Part shown: positions 48,032 through 58,139 of the stretch, piece by piece | How positions within the stretch are numbered: position 1 is the stretch's first letter | Layout: each line of letters starts with the position of its first letter | Assembly (NCBI GenBank): GCA_050289805.1 | Contig: JBNKGL010000002.1 | Location: 154,643 to 218,642, forward strand | Source of the DNA: Cyclobacteriaceae bacterium | GTDB lineage: Bacteria; Bacteroidota; Bacteroidia; Cytophagales; Cyclobacteriaceae | Direction of reading: 5' to 3' | Length of the DNA: 64,000 nt | Made by a program: the position numbers and the translations under genes | The notes under the pieces: generated by a model | Told to the model about the DNA's origin: nothing | Seen by the model: only the letters and a program-made list of their open reading frames with translations | Database searches by the model: none

Positions 48032-51000
48032 ATGATGCACCATCAATCTTCAGAAACAGAATCCCTGACTATCTACAGATCCTCTGCCGGATCAGGTAAA
48101 ACCTATACACTGACGAGGGAATACCTGTTACTTGCCCTTGCAGAGAGGGATCAGTTCGCATATCGCAGAATTCTCGCTGTGACTTTCACGAATAAAGCGA
48201 TGAAAGAAATGAAGGACCGGATCATTGCCAAGCTTGACCAGTTTTCAAGGGGTGATCTTGATGATTCTATGGCACAGGAGCTGATTCAATTGTTGGGATG
48301 GGATACACAATTGTTTCAGGAACGTTGTTCTGCACTTTTATCAGAAGTACTGCACCATTACAGTCATTTCGCCATTACGACCATTGACGCATTTTTCCAG
48401 CAGATCATCAGGAGCTTTGCCCGTGAACTTCATATTGCGGGCGGGTATCGGCTTGAGCTGGAACAGGACCTCGTTTACCGCGAGGTGATCCGCGATCTCA
48501 TGGAGGAGGTGGATAGTAATAAACATGTACGCGGATGGCTGGCGGATTTTAGTTTTTCTAAACTCGACAATAACAGTGGGTGGGAGGTGGAACGAGAATT
48601 GCTTTCATTTCTTAAGGAGCTGGATCAGGAATCCTTTCGGTCAATCGAAGAGAAGATCAGGAAATACGATGATGCAAGGTATGTCCAACTGAAGGAGATA
48701 AGCGGAAAGAAGATCAGAATATTCGAAAATCACCTGCAGGAACTGGGTGAAAGGGCTGTTAATATTATCGAAGAATGCGGGCTGGAAGCGAAGGACTTTC
48801 TGGGAGGCCACGCGGTCAACTTTCTTTACAATGCGGAACAGGGAATCTTCGATGAGAAGGGACCAACACAAACCTTTAGGAACTGCGCATCCGGAGAGAA
48901 AAGCTGGTTTGCCAAAACCAAGGAAAAGTCGTTATCCGGGGAAATTGCAAAGCTTGATTCCCTGGGTTTTAAGGAAATCGCAATGGACAGCCTGACGTAT
49001 TGGGATCAACATGTGGAAGGCTATAAGACTGCACAGGCGGTTTATAAAAATATATACCTGTTTGCCCTTGCCGCTGATCTGCTCAGAAAGCTTGAGCACA
49101 ACAAGCAGGAGCATGACATATTGTTTATTTCAGATGCTACCCGTTTGATCCGTAAACTTGTCAAGGAAACAGACGCCCCATTCATTTACGAAAAGGTGGG
49201 ATCATTTTTTGAGCATTATCTGATTGATGAATTTCAGGATACTTCAGGCTTTCAATGGGACAGTTTTCGCCCTCTTATTGAAAATAGCCTGGCAGAAGGA
49301 CGGAAGAATCTCATTGTAGGTGACGTGAAGCAATCCATTTACCGGTGGAGGGGGGGCGACCTGGAATTGCTTCAGACGGAAGTTGAAAAGACCTTCGGAC
49401 GGTTTTCGCCCGTTGTACGAAATCTGGATACCAATTACCGAAGCCGCAAAAATATAATCGATTTTAATAACGCCGTTTTTTCTTGTATGCCGTCATTTTT
49501 ACAGGATTCGTTTGATGAAAATATTGAAGATCCGGAATTTGATGTGGCTTCGATGCTTTCGTTGATATTCGGAGATGTGAAGCAGAAATTTTCCGGAAAA
49601 CAAACAGATCCCGGTGGTTACGTGGAAGGGAGATTCTACGGCAAAAAGGAATTTGATGAAGAAATATTTCCTGCCATCGTTGAGGTGCTTAAGAAACTAC
49701 AGGACCGGAAGGTGCCTTTAAAGGAAACCGCGATCCTTGTTCGGGATAATAAAGATGGCAAAGCCATCGCAGAGTACCTGATGCAATACCAGGAGCCTGG
49801 TTATTCATTTGAGATTGTTTCAAGCGAAACGCTCCATCTGTCTGCTTCTTCCGCGGTGAGCTGCCTTATCGCGGCACTCCGTTATATTCATGATCCCGGA
49901 GATGATCTTTCCCGCGCTGCACTCCTTCATTTTGCCAGAATATTGAATAATACACAAAATGCCCGCCATGTATTTCAGGCCAATAACAGTGAAGAGGAAC
50001 TGCTGGAAAAAATATCTGCGCTTAAACGGTTGCCGTTGTTTTCAATGATCGAATACCTCATCCATTATCTGGGATTGCAAAATTCCAAGGGTGACTTCCC
50101 ATATCTGCAGACTTTTCAGGACCATGTTCTTGCCTACATGAAAAGGGAAAAAGGAGATCTCCAGGGCTTTATAAATTTTTGGGATGACAAGCTCCATAAG
50201 GAAAGCATTCGTATTGCAGATGACCTGGATGCCATCAGAATCATGACGATTCATAAGGCCAAGGGACTGGAGTTTCATTCAGTGCTCATTCCATTCCTCA
50301 ATTGGGAGATCAGTAAAAGCAGGGGAGTGAAGTGGTTTTCATATGATATGCAGGAAGGTGAGGACTCAACGATAGTACCTGTAAATTTTTCTTCAGAGCT
50401 GAACAAAACTGTATTCGCAAGTGAATTTCAGGAAGAGACCTACCGAAATTACCTTGACAGCCTCAATCTCTTGTATGTAGCCTTTACCCGTGCTTCCCAT
50501 GATTTGTGGTTCATGGCTAAAACAGGTGAAAAACGCTCAAGAATATCAGGGGTGATGGAAAGCCTTCTGAATAGTTCCTCATTGCCGGTTTCCCTTTCGT
50601 CTGATGCAGGAGTTTTTCGTTTCGGAGATGCTGAGTTTGAATTTGCAGGGGTTAAACAGCAGGTGGACAATGAAGTGGAAATCCAGCATTATTCATTTTT
50701 CAACTGGCAGGAGAAGACAAAATTGAAACCGGTGCCGGAGCGCTTACGAAACAGTGAGCAGCAGGTTTCTATTTCTATCGGATTGCTGGTTCATGAAATT
50801 CTGGCGAGCGTCAAGTACATCGGGGATGTTGCAGGGGCGCTTAATAATATTCGTTTTGCGGAAGGACTTACGGATCAACAGTTTCAGGGACTCAGATCCC
50901 GTCTCAAAGAGGCATTCAGGACGCCGGAGATCCGGCAATGGTTTGATGAATCGTGGGAGGTTAGAAATGAACAGGCAATTTTTTCTGCAGGACAGGAATT

Positions 51001-51187
51001 CAGACCCGACCGCGTGATGCACAGACAAGGCCATACGATGGTGATTGATTATAAAACCGGTCATGTTAAAGCAGCCGACCGAAGTCAAATGCAGACCTAT
51101 TTGTCACTTGTAAAGAAATTATACCCGGGGAAGGTTGAGGGACGAATTTTATATCTCGAGGATTTACAAATTATTCATATCGAATGA
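48032..51187 (+). CDS. UvrD/Rep-type helicase with a C-terminal PD-(D/E)xK nuclease (AddA-like)
   Basis: Walker A AGSGKTYT, DEFQDTS, GDVKQSIYRWRGGD, NYRS, TIHKAKGLEF and LLYVAFTRA. C-terminal nuclease motif RPDRVM...VIDYKTG. 1051 aa. Confidence 0.85.
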   Translation: MMHHQSSETESLTIYRSSAGSGKTYTLTREYLLLALAERDQFAYRRILAVTFTNKAMKEMKDRIIAKLDQFSRGDLDDSMAQELIQLLGWDTQLFQERCSALLSEVLHHYSHFAITTIDAFFQQIIRSFARELHIAGGYRLELEQDLVYREVIRDLMEEVDSNKHVRGWLADFSFSKLDNNSGWEVERELLSFLKELDQESFRSIEEKIRKYDDARYVQLKEISGKKIRIFENHLQELGERAVNIIEECGLEAKDFLGGHAVNFLYNAEQGIFDEKGPTQTFRNCASGEKSWFAKTKEKSLSGEIAKLDSLGFKEIAMDSLTYWDQHVEGYKTAQAVYKNIYLFALAADLLRKLEHNKQEHDILFISDATRLIRKLVKETDAPFIYEKVGSFFEHYLIDEFQDTSGFQWDSFRPLIENSLAEGRKNLIVGDVKQSIYRWRGGDLELLQTEVEKTFGRFSPVVRNLDTNYRSRKNIIDFNNAVFSCMPSFLQDSFDENIEDPEFDVASMLSLIFGDVKQKFSGKQTDPGGYVEGRFYGKKEFDEEIFPAIVEVLKKLQDRKVPLKETAILVRDNKDGKAIAEYLMQYQEPGYSFEIVSSETLHLSASSAVSCLIAALRYIHDPGDDLSRAALLHFARILNNTQNARHVFQANNSEEELLEKISALKRLPLFSMIEYLIHYLGLQNSKGDFPYLQTFQDHVLAYMKREKGDLQGFINFWDDKLHKESIRIADDLDAIRIMTIHKAKGLEFHSVLIPFLNWEISKSRGVKWFSYDMQEGEDSTIVPVNFSSELNKTVFASEFQEETYRNYLDSLNLLYVAFTRASHDLWFMAKTGEKRSRISGVMESLLNSSSLPVSLSSDAGVFRFGDAEFEFAGVKQQVDNEVEIQHYSFFNWQEKTKLKPVPERLRNSEQQVSISIGLLVHEILASVKYIGDVAGALNNIRFAEGLTDQQFQGLRSRLKEAFRTPEIRQWFDESWEVRNEQAIFSAGQEFRPDRVMHRQGHTMVIDYKTGHVKAADRSQMQTYLSLVKKLYPGKVEGRILYLEDLQIIHIE

Positions 51188-53976
51188 CAGGCTTTTTATA
51201 CCAGGTTGCGAATGCGCTATTGGAACAGTACGGTGATGATATGAGCCGCGTAACGGTGATTTTTCCAAATCAGCGTGCCGGGTTATATCTGCGCCAGATA
51301 TTGCGTTCCAAAGCGGATCATCCGGTATGGGCCCCATCGATCATTTCATTTCGCGACCTTGTTCAACGGGAATCCGATTTGGTTGTGCCGGATGCTTTGT
51401 TCCTGACATTTGAATTATATAAGGTTTATCACCGGATAATTCCTACCGGGGAAGCGTTTGAGGATTTTTATTTCTGGGGGCAAATGTTGCTGCGCGATTT
51501 TGATGAGATAGATAAGTACATGGTTCCTGCTGAAAACCTGTATAAGGACCTGAGTCGTCAAAAAGAACTGGATATGGCATTCGATTTTCTTACCGATGAA
51601 CAGAAGCTGTTAATACAGTCATTCTGGCGGGGGTTTGAAGGTGAAAGATCCGAGTCACAGGAGCAATTTCTTAAAATCTGGAATAAGCTTTATGATGTTT
51701 ATGTGGCCTTTACAGACAGATTGAAAGATCAGGGTTATGCATATGAAGGGAGTATGTACCGTCAGCTGGCTGAAAATTTGGAAACCCATGACTGGCGACA
51801 GCAGAGTGATGTCCTTTGGTTTGCGGGTTTTAATGCGTTAACCCTTGCAGAGGAAAAGATTATAAAACATCTGCTCGAAAGTCATGATACAAGAATATTC
51901 TGGGATATAGATGATTATTATGTTCATGACAGGCGCCAGGAAGCAGGGCGTTTTATTCGTTCATTCCGAAAGGATCCCCACCTGAAAAAAACCATCCCTG
52001 AAGTTTTGCCAAAAAATATCGGCAAGGGAGATCAGGATGTCCGGATTATCGGTGTGCCGCAATATGTGGGACAGGCAAAATTATGTAGCGGATTGCTTCA
52101 GGATACACTGGAGGAATTTCCGGAACTTGATCAAAGGAGGATCGCGGTTGTGCTGGCAGATGAAACCTTGCTGTTACCAGTACTCCATTCACTGCCGGAA
52201 GCCGTTGATACGATCAATATTACCATGGGTTTTCCCCTGATCTATGCACCTCTCAGCGGACTTATTGAGCTATTTACGGAATTGCATTTACTATCGAGGG
52301 ATCTGGACGGGAAAATTAAATTTCATTACAGGCAGATCCAGGCTATTGAGAACCACCCGATGATGGCCGATCATCTGCCAGCCAACAGACCTTGGCAGAA
52401 CGACCGTGAACAACGGCTTTACTGGGACATTTCAAGCCTGGCGATCAGTCCGCTGTATGAATTGATATTCCGGAGCACGAACGGAGATTTTGTCTCCTAT
52501 CTGATATCTATTCTTGAAGAATTATCGGTTATAACAGGCGGTGGAGATATGATTGCGGCATCTCATATCCATTATTTCCTGAAACACTTAAACAGGTACA
52601 AGGATATGATGGATCAGGAAATTGGTGTCGATACATTTCGGCGCCTTTTCAGGCAGCTTGTTCGTATGGACAAGATACCCTTTACCGGGGAGCCGCTGGA
52701 AGGTCTCCAGATCATGGGTGTTTTGGAAACAAGAAATCTTGATTTTGATCACATTTTTGTGCTCGGGATGAATGAGGAATCTTTTCCGGCAGGGAAGAAT
52801 AAACATTCCTACATACCCTACAACTTACGCAAGGCATATGATCTGCCGCATTTTGATCAGCAGGATGCTATCTATGCATATCTCTTTTACAGGTTATTGC
52901 ATAATGCCGGCCGAGCCACATTCATCTATAATACTGAAGGGGATGACCTCGGCGGAGAAGAAATGAGCCGTTTCCTGAAACAGCTCATATACGAGCAGCC
53001 CATGCCGGTTCGTAATATTTTACTTCGAAGTAAAGCCCACGCAGGTACAACAGATTCGATTTCTGTGCAACAGGATGCCACATCACTTGCCCGGCTGAAC
53101 AGGTACATGTCGCCTGAAGCAAACAAAATGCTATCGCCAAGCGCGATCAATACCTACCTGGATTGCAATCTCAAATTCTACTTTAAATATGTGGCGCAGC
53201 TATATGAAAGCGATGAGCTGGAAGATAATGTGGATGCGCGCACTTTAGGATCCCTGATCCACGACGGGATTGAATTTCTTTATACACCTTATCTTGGAGG
53301 CGAGGTATCGAAGGAGGAAGTCAGGAAATTGAACTCGAGCGTTCCGGATGCTGTCATGGCAGGTTTCAGGAAACACTACAAAATTCCGGACAGTGACACT
53401 TTTGAGCCCGAAGGTAAAAACATCATTGCCGCCAGTGTCGCTGAAAGATTTCTCAGGAAAATTCTCGAGAAGGATGAAATGTATGCTCCCTTCACTGTTC
53501 TTGGTCTGGAAAAAGAGGTGGCAGGCATTCGTAAACTCTCAGGCGGAAGGGAAATTCGGGTAGGGGGAAAGGTCGACCGGATTGATATGAAAGACGGCTT
53601 AATCCGAATCATTGACTTCAAAACCGGGTCAGATGACAATAAATTTGACGGGCTTGACAGCTTATTTACCTCTTCAAGAAATAAGGCTGCATTTCAGACA
53701 TTTTTCTATGCCATGCTTTATTCCCAAAATAATGAGGCGATTTCTGTTGTACCGGCAGTTTATAACCGCAATGCCCTGTTCCAGGACAGAGATCCGCTTT
53801 TTAAGGATAAGGTACGTAAGGTTAGGGTAACGAGTTTGAAGCCTTACGCCGCTTATGGCCAGTCTCTTGATAACCTGCTGGAAAATATTTTTGATCCTGA
53901 GGCCCGGTTTGAACAAATTGAGTCTGTAAAGCCATGTGAGAGATGCCCTTATAATGTGATTTGTCAGCGGGTCTGA
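51184..53976 (+). CDS. PD-(D/E)xK nuclease, AddB-like partner with Fe-S 'staple' cysteines
   Basis: ATGA overlap with the helicase gene. Nuclease motif VDRIDM...IIDFKTG, flanked by Cys in YLDCNLKF and the C-terminal CERCPYNVIC (C...CxxCx5C pattern). No Walker A. 930 aa. Confidence 0.8.
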   Translation: MTGFLYQVANALLEQYGDDMSRVTVIFPNQRAGLYLRQILRSKADHPVWAPSIISFRDLVQRESDLVVPDALFLTFELYKVYHRIIPTGEAFEDFYFWGQMLLRDFDEIDKYMVPAENLYKDLSRQKELDMAFDFLTDEQKLLIQSFWRGFEGERSESQEQFLKIWNKLYDVYVAFTDRLKDQGYAYEGSMYRQLAENLETHDWRQQSDVLWFAGFNALTLAEEKIIKHLLESHDTRIFWDIDDYYVHDRRQEAGRFIRSFRKDPHLKKTIPEVLPKNIGKGDQDVRIIGVPQYVGQAKLCSGLLQDTLEEFPELDQRRIAVVLADETLLLPVLHSLPEAVDTINITMGFPLIYAPLSGLIELFTELHLLSRDLDGKIKFHYRQIQAIENHPMMADHLPANRPWQNDREQRLYWDISSLAISPLYELIFRSTNGDFVSYLISILEELSVITGGGDMIAASHIHYFLKHLNRYKDMMDQEIGVDTFRRLFRQLVRMDKIPFTGEPLEGLQIMGVLETRNLDFDHIFVLGMNEESFPAGKNKHSYIPYNLRKAYDLPHFDQQDAIYAYLFYRLLHNAGRATFIYNTEGDDLGGEEMSRFLKQLIYEQPMPVRNILLRSKAHAGTTDSISVQQDATSLARLNRYMSPEANKMLSPSAINTYLDCNLKFYFKYVAQLYESDELEDNVDARTLGSLIHDGIEFLYTPYLGGEVSKEEVRKLNSSVPDAVMAGFRKHYKIPDSDTFEPEGKNIIAASVAERFLRKILEKDEMYAPFTVLGLEKEVAGIRKLSGGREIRVGGKVDRIDMKDGLIRIIDFKTGSDDNKFDGLDSLFTSSRNKAAFQTFFYAMLYSQNNEAISVVPAVYNRNALFQDRDPLFKDKVRKVRVTSLKPYAAYGQSLDNLLENIFDPEARFEQIESVKPCERCPYNVICQRV

Positions 53977-54675
53977 TCAGGTTCCGAAGAGGATTCCGAT
54001 CGAGATTTCAAGGCCTGTGAAATCAATTTTAGCATCTTTCCACTCCACTTGCCGTGACTCCAGCGGCCCGCTCATTGATCCCCCGATATAGCTGCCTGTC
54101 ATTTCGAATGGAGCATCTCCGATAAAATAATTTGCCTCTAGAGACAGACCCCATTGATTGGAAACATAAAAAACAAATTCAGAACCAAAGAAGAAACCTA
54201 AACCTATCCCGTGTTTCCCGTCCATATCGGAATCGGCAACATCCCAGGATTCATATACCCGGATCGCTTTGTCGAGGTTTCCATGATTGATCTTATTGTC
54301 GAATCCATAAAAAGCGAATCCACCGCCTTTGATACGGAATTCTGTGGTTTGCCCTACGAGCTGCAAAACAAGTTCTAGGGGAACCATAATCGTGAAATTA
54401 GGGCCTACAATGGCATCGTTGGTTTTAAAATTATCGATATCCTTGACATTCATTCCGGACATTCTGTAGAGCGAAAACCCAGTTTGTATGGCCATAAACC
54501 GATTCAGATCCACTCCCACACCGCGGAGTGAGAAAGGGCTGATTGGTGTTGAGAAATAGCCGTTTTTAGGAATGAAATAAGAGAAGGATAAACCGACTTC
54601 CTGGGCATTTGATTTTAAGGATGTGGCGCCGGTGATTAAGGCAATCAGGAGAAAAATGGAAAGTAAACGTTTCAT
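53977..54675 (-). CDS. Putative outer-membrane beta-barrel protein
   Basis: Signal peptide, alternating hydrophobic beta-strand pattern and an aromatic-rich C-terminal strand (ISIGILFGT). 232 aa. No family recognised. Confidence 0.5.
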   Translation of the reverse strand: MKRLLSIFLLIALITGATSLKSNAQEVGLSFSYFIPKNGYFSTPISPFSLRGVGVDLNRFMAIQTGFSLYRMSGMNVKDIDNFKTNDAIVGPNFTIMVPLELVLQLVGQTTEFRIKGGGFAFYGFDNKINHGNLDKAIRVYESWDVADSDMDGKHGIGLGFFFGSEFVFYVSNQWGLSLEANYFIGDAPFEMTGSYIGGSMSGPLESRQVEWKDAKIDFTGLEISIGILFGT

Positions 54676-54750
54676 ATTTATATGAAAGGTTAATGAAAAA
54701 TAGTCATACCGTACTAACTTAACGAGTCAAGCTAAACAAACATACATATC

Positions 54751-56481
54751 ATGCGATCAAAACGAAGACTTTGGGTACTGTTATTTGCATCCATTTCTTA
54801 CATAGCCATGAATGGCTGTACTTCAACGGAAAACAAAGTACAGGCAGATATGGTCATCAGTGGAGGAACAATTTATACCATGGATTCGGCAAGCCCGGTC
54901 GTGGAAGCGGTAGCGGTAGCCAATAACAAAATAATCTATGCAGGCCCGGCTGAAGGGCTGCAGCAATTCATAACTGAAAATACGAAGCAGGTTGATCTCG
55001 AAGGAAAAACCATGACCCCGGGCTGGGTTGAGGGCCATGGCCATTTTATGGGCATGGGATATAATAAACTTGACCTTGACCTGATCGATGTGCGTAGTTA
55101 CCAGGAAATGGTAGATCGTGTACAGGAAGCAGTAGCAAACGCACAACCCGGCGAGTGGATTGTAGGCCGCGGGTGGCATCAGAGTAAATGGAATATGCCG
55201 GCGGAGGAAATGGTTAAAGGGTTTCCTACCAATGATGGCTTGAATGAGGTTTCGCCGGATAATCCTGTTGTTCTTCGCCATGCGAGCGGTCATGCGCTCA
55301 TAGCCAATGATAAAGCAATGGAAGTGGCCGGAGTACTGCCAATGAGTACCGAGAACATGCAGAATATGGAACTGGAAGGTGGGGAAATTATTCGGGATGA
55401 AATGGGCAATCCGACAGGAATATTTAATGAGCGGGCGATGGGTCTCCTTGCGAAAAACACACCGGAAAACACGCCGGAGAGGCAGGCTAAAGCCTTTTCA
55501 CTGGCGGTTCAGAACTGCTGGGAAAATGGTATTACAGCATTTCATGACGCCGGTGTGGGTCGTGAGACAATAGAATTGTACCGTGGATATGAGGCGAAAG
55601 ACTCGCTGGGGGTACGGCTGTATGTCATGGTTACCGGCTTTGAGCCTGATTACGTGGAAGAATGGTTTCAGCGGGGGCCGCAAATTGATACTACAGGTTG
55701 GCTGACCATCCGTTCCGTTAAGTTGAATTGTGATGGAGCGCTTGGTTCCAGGGGTGCCTGGTTGCTGGAGCCTTATACGGATCGGGCAGGACACTATGGG
55801 CATGAAACCCTGCCGATGTCCGTAGTGGCAGATATGGCAGAAAAAGGTTTAAAATATGGATTTCAGATTTGTTCGCATGCGATAGGCGACAGGGCTAACC
55901 AGGAAATTCTTGATCGCTATGAGGCGGCATTTACAGCGAATTCTGAAGCGGCGGCAGATCACAGGTACAGGATCGAACATGCACAGCACCTTCATCCTGA
56001 TGACATTCCCAGGTTTGGTGAATTGGGCGTTATTCCGGCCATGCAGGCAATCCATATGGCTTCAGACCGGCCCTGGGCAATTGATCGATTGGGAGAACAA
56101 CGCATTGTGGAAGGTGCTTATGTCTGGCAAAAACTCCTGAAATCGGGGGCGCGTATCGTGAACGGTACCGATGTGCCGGTGGAGCCGATTAATCCGATTG
56201 CGTCTTTCTACGCCAGTGTAGCCCGAAAAACATTGGAAGGTACACCTGAAGGCGGGTATGAGCCGGATCAGCGGATGACCCGTGAAGAGGCGTTGCGGTC
56301 CTATACCCTGGATGCCTCCTATGGTGCATTTATGGAAGATCTTACCGGTTCAATTGAAGTTGGAAAACTGGCAGATTTTACCGTGCTTGACCGTGATATT
56401 ATGACGGTTCCCGAAAATGAAATTTTGAACACACAGGTGGCAATGACCATCGTCGACGGACATATTGTTTATGAGAAATAA
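54751..56481 (+). CDS. Amidohydrolase (Amidohydro_3 / YtcJ-like metal-dependent hydrolase), lipoprotein
   Basis: Lipobox AMNGCTS. Metal ligands EGHGHFMG, VKLNCDGALGSRGAW, CSHAIGDRA, RIEHAQH and NGTDVPVE. 576 aa. Confidence 0.85.
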   Translation: MRSKRRLWVLLFASISYIAMNGCTSTENKVQADMVISGGTIYTMDSASPVVEAVAVANNKIIYAGPAEGLQQFITENTKQVDLEGKTMTPGWVEGHGHFMGMGYNKLDLDLIDVRSYQEMVDRVQEAVANAQPGEWIVGRGWHQSKWNMPAEEMVKGFPTNDGLNEVSPDNPVVLRHASGHALIANDKAMEVAGVLPMSTENMQNMELEGGEIIRDEMGNPTGIFNERAMGLLAKNTPENTPERQAKAFSLAVQNCWENGITAFHDAGVGRETIELYRGYEAKDSLGVRLYVMVTGFEPDYVEEWFQRGPQIDTTGWLTIRSVKLNCDGALGSRGAWLLEPYTDRAGHYGHETLPMSVVADMAEKGLKYGFQICSHAIGDRANQEILDRYEAAFTANSEAAADHRYRIEHAQHLHPDDIPRFGELGVIPAMQAIHMASDRPWAIDRLGEQRIVEGAYVWQKLLKSGARIVNGTDVPVEPINPIASFYASVARKTLEGTPEGGYEPDQRMTREEALRSYTLDASYGAFMEDLTGSIEVGKLADFTVLDRDIMTVPENEILNTQVAMTIVDGHIVYEK

Positions 56482-57556
56482 TTGGTCTCACATACGAACT
56501 CCCACCCTGTTAATTGATGAAAAACGGGTTCGGCAGAATATTCACAGGATGGTTCAAAAGGCGAAAAAAACCGGAAAAATATTCCGGCCGCACTTTAAGA
56601 CTCATCAGTCCCGTGCAATTGGAGAATGGTTTCGGGATGAGGGGGTAAGCCAAATTACGGTTTCTTCCGTTGGAATGGCAGAATATTTTGCCTCGAATGG
56701 ATGGGGAGATATTACGATTGCATTTCCCTGTAACATTCGTCAGGCCGACCGCATTGACGAGCTCGCGTCGAAAATTGATGTTTCCATCCTGGTGGACAAC
56801 AGCCAGGTGATTAAAGCGATTGATAAGCTTGTGAATCACAAATTGCGTGTATTTATTGAAATTGACACTGGAAGTGACCGAACAGGTGTGCATCATGAGA
56901 ATATAGATGAAGTAAAACGTCTTCATGGGGTGATCCTCGAAGCAGAAAACCTGGAGTTTGCCGGTATTTACTCCCATGCAGGCCATACCTATGTATGCCG
57001 GACAAAGGAGGAAGTGATCAAAACGGCCGGTGAGGCCATTTCACGGCTTGAATTTGTGGCAGGGTCCTTTGATGAAAAAATAGGAGTGTGTTATGGTGAT
57101 ACCCCGGGATGTTCAGTTCTTGATGATTTTGGCAACTTTGTGACCGACCTGAGTCCGGGAAATTTCGTTTTCTATGATATGATGCAGGTAAATATCGGTA
57201 CCTGTAAGCCGGAGGATATCGGTGTAGCGGTTATTTGTCCGGTCGTAACCGGAAAAGAACAGGAACCTGTAGTTACACTCTATGGAGGTGCGGTTCACTT
57301 TTCAAAGGAACAGCTTGACGATGGATCATTTGGCAAGGTTGCACAACTAACAGAGTCAGCCTGGGATGCGTCAATCATTGGCAGCCTTGAACGTATTTCA
57401 CAGGAACACGGATTAGTCCGGCTGGAAACCGGAGAAGCAGAGCCGGGCGATGTTTTGGTAGTTCTTCCCGTTCACTCCTGCCTAACAGCAGAGTGTATGG
57501 CGAAATACCTCACGTTGAATGGTGTATACCTGGACCACTATCAAAAAAGCCGGTAA
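56471..57556 (+). CDS. D-TA-family PLP enzyme (alanine-racemase-N fold; D-serine dehydratase / D-threonine aldolase-like)
   Basis: PLP-lysine region FRPHFKTHQS. TIM-barrel plus C-terminal beta domain. The ATG at 56471 overlaps the amidohydrolase 3' end by 11 nt (the listed start 56465 is a TTG). Confidence 0.75.
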   Translation: MRNNWSHIRTPTLLIDEKRVRQNIHRMVQKAKKTGKIFRPHFKTHQSRAIGEWFRDEGVSQITVSSVGMAEYFASNGWGDITIAFPCNIRQADRIDELASKIDVSILVDNSQVIKAIDKLVNHKLRVFIEIDTGSDRTGVHHENIDEVKRLHGVILEAENLEFAGIYSHAGHTYVCRTKEEVIKTAGEAISRLEFVAGSFDEKIGVCYGDTPGCSVLDDFGNFVTDLSPGNFVFYDMMQVNIGTCKPEDIGVAVICPVVTGKEQEPVVTLYGGAVHFSKEQLDDGSFGKVAQLTESAWDASIIGSLERISQEHGLVRLETGEAEPGDVLVVLPVHSCLTAECMAKYLTLNGVYLDHYQKSR

Positions 57557-57572
57557 TTAACCGGCTTCTTTC
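57543..57572. terminator. Bidirectional terminator between the convergent D-TA enzyme and TerB genes
   Basis: 7-bp stem AGCCGGT / ACCGGCT (57548-57566) with loop AATTA. It is preceded by an A-run and followed by T-rich sequence. The plus-gene stop codon lies inside the stem. Confidence 0.65.
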
Positions 57573-57968
57573 TTATTTCAGGAATTTCTGTGTTTTCTTT
57601 TTCAGGTGATCTCGATCGGCAGTGATTGCCGGGTCACTGAATATCTTGCTGGAAAGTTCCGCAATAACACCCTTTTTATATCCAAGTCGTTCCGCGATAT
57701 CCTGGCAGAAAGTTATTTCACTCTTAAATACCTGTCCATCGACTTTCATCAGTTGCACGACATGATATAGATGTTCAAATTTCTGATCGCTGCTGAGCAT
57801 GCTAAGGTCACCAATAGGTTTTGCCGGGTTTCCCAGCATTTGGTCAATTTCTTCCCTGGTAAGGCCGTTTGACTGTCCGATCATATGGATCAGTCGCGCT
57901 TCTTTTTCTGCCACCTGATTGTCACTGGCTGCCAGTTGTATCAATACATTGAGTCTTTCTTGTACCAT
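57573..57968 (-). CDS. TerB-family (tellurite-resistance-like) small protein
   Basis: LIQLAASDNQVAEKEARLIHMIG...VVQLMKVDGQVFKSEITFCQDIAERLG. ATG at 57968 (the listed start 57992 is a TTG). Confidence 0.7.
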   Translation of the reverse strand: MVQERLNVLIQLAASDNQVAEKEARLIHMIGQSNGLTREEIDQMLGNPAKPIGDLSMLSSDQKFEHLYHVVQLMKVDGQVFKSEITFCQDIAERLGYKKGVIAELSSKIFSDPAITADRDHLKKKTQKFLK

Positions 57969-58139
57969 GATAAAAATGATTGCGTTTTTCAAAACTTAAA
58001 TGTATTTAAAAATACTTCACGGAACTGGTCAAAATAACCTTGAATTATTACACTTGTAGTTATTTCAACATTTGATGCGCACCTGATGCAACCCTTGTTA
58101 CCTTGTTTTGTCTTTGGAGTGAATATTAATTAAAAAGTC

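Noticed and set aside
3980-56986. Many long ORFs lie antisense to strong genes. Examples are 3980-4483, 8644-9300, 14241-14735, 16046-16561, 25616-26197, 43932-44486, 45030-45581, 46536-47057, 54823-55293 and 56510-56986.
   Set aside because: Each lies entirely inside a longer opposite-strand ORF that has clear family motifs. Their translations are low-complexity or odd in composition and show no recognisable motifs. They are typical shadow ORFs.
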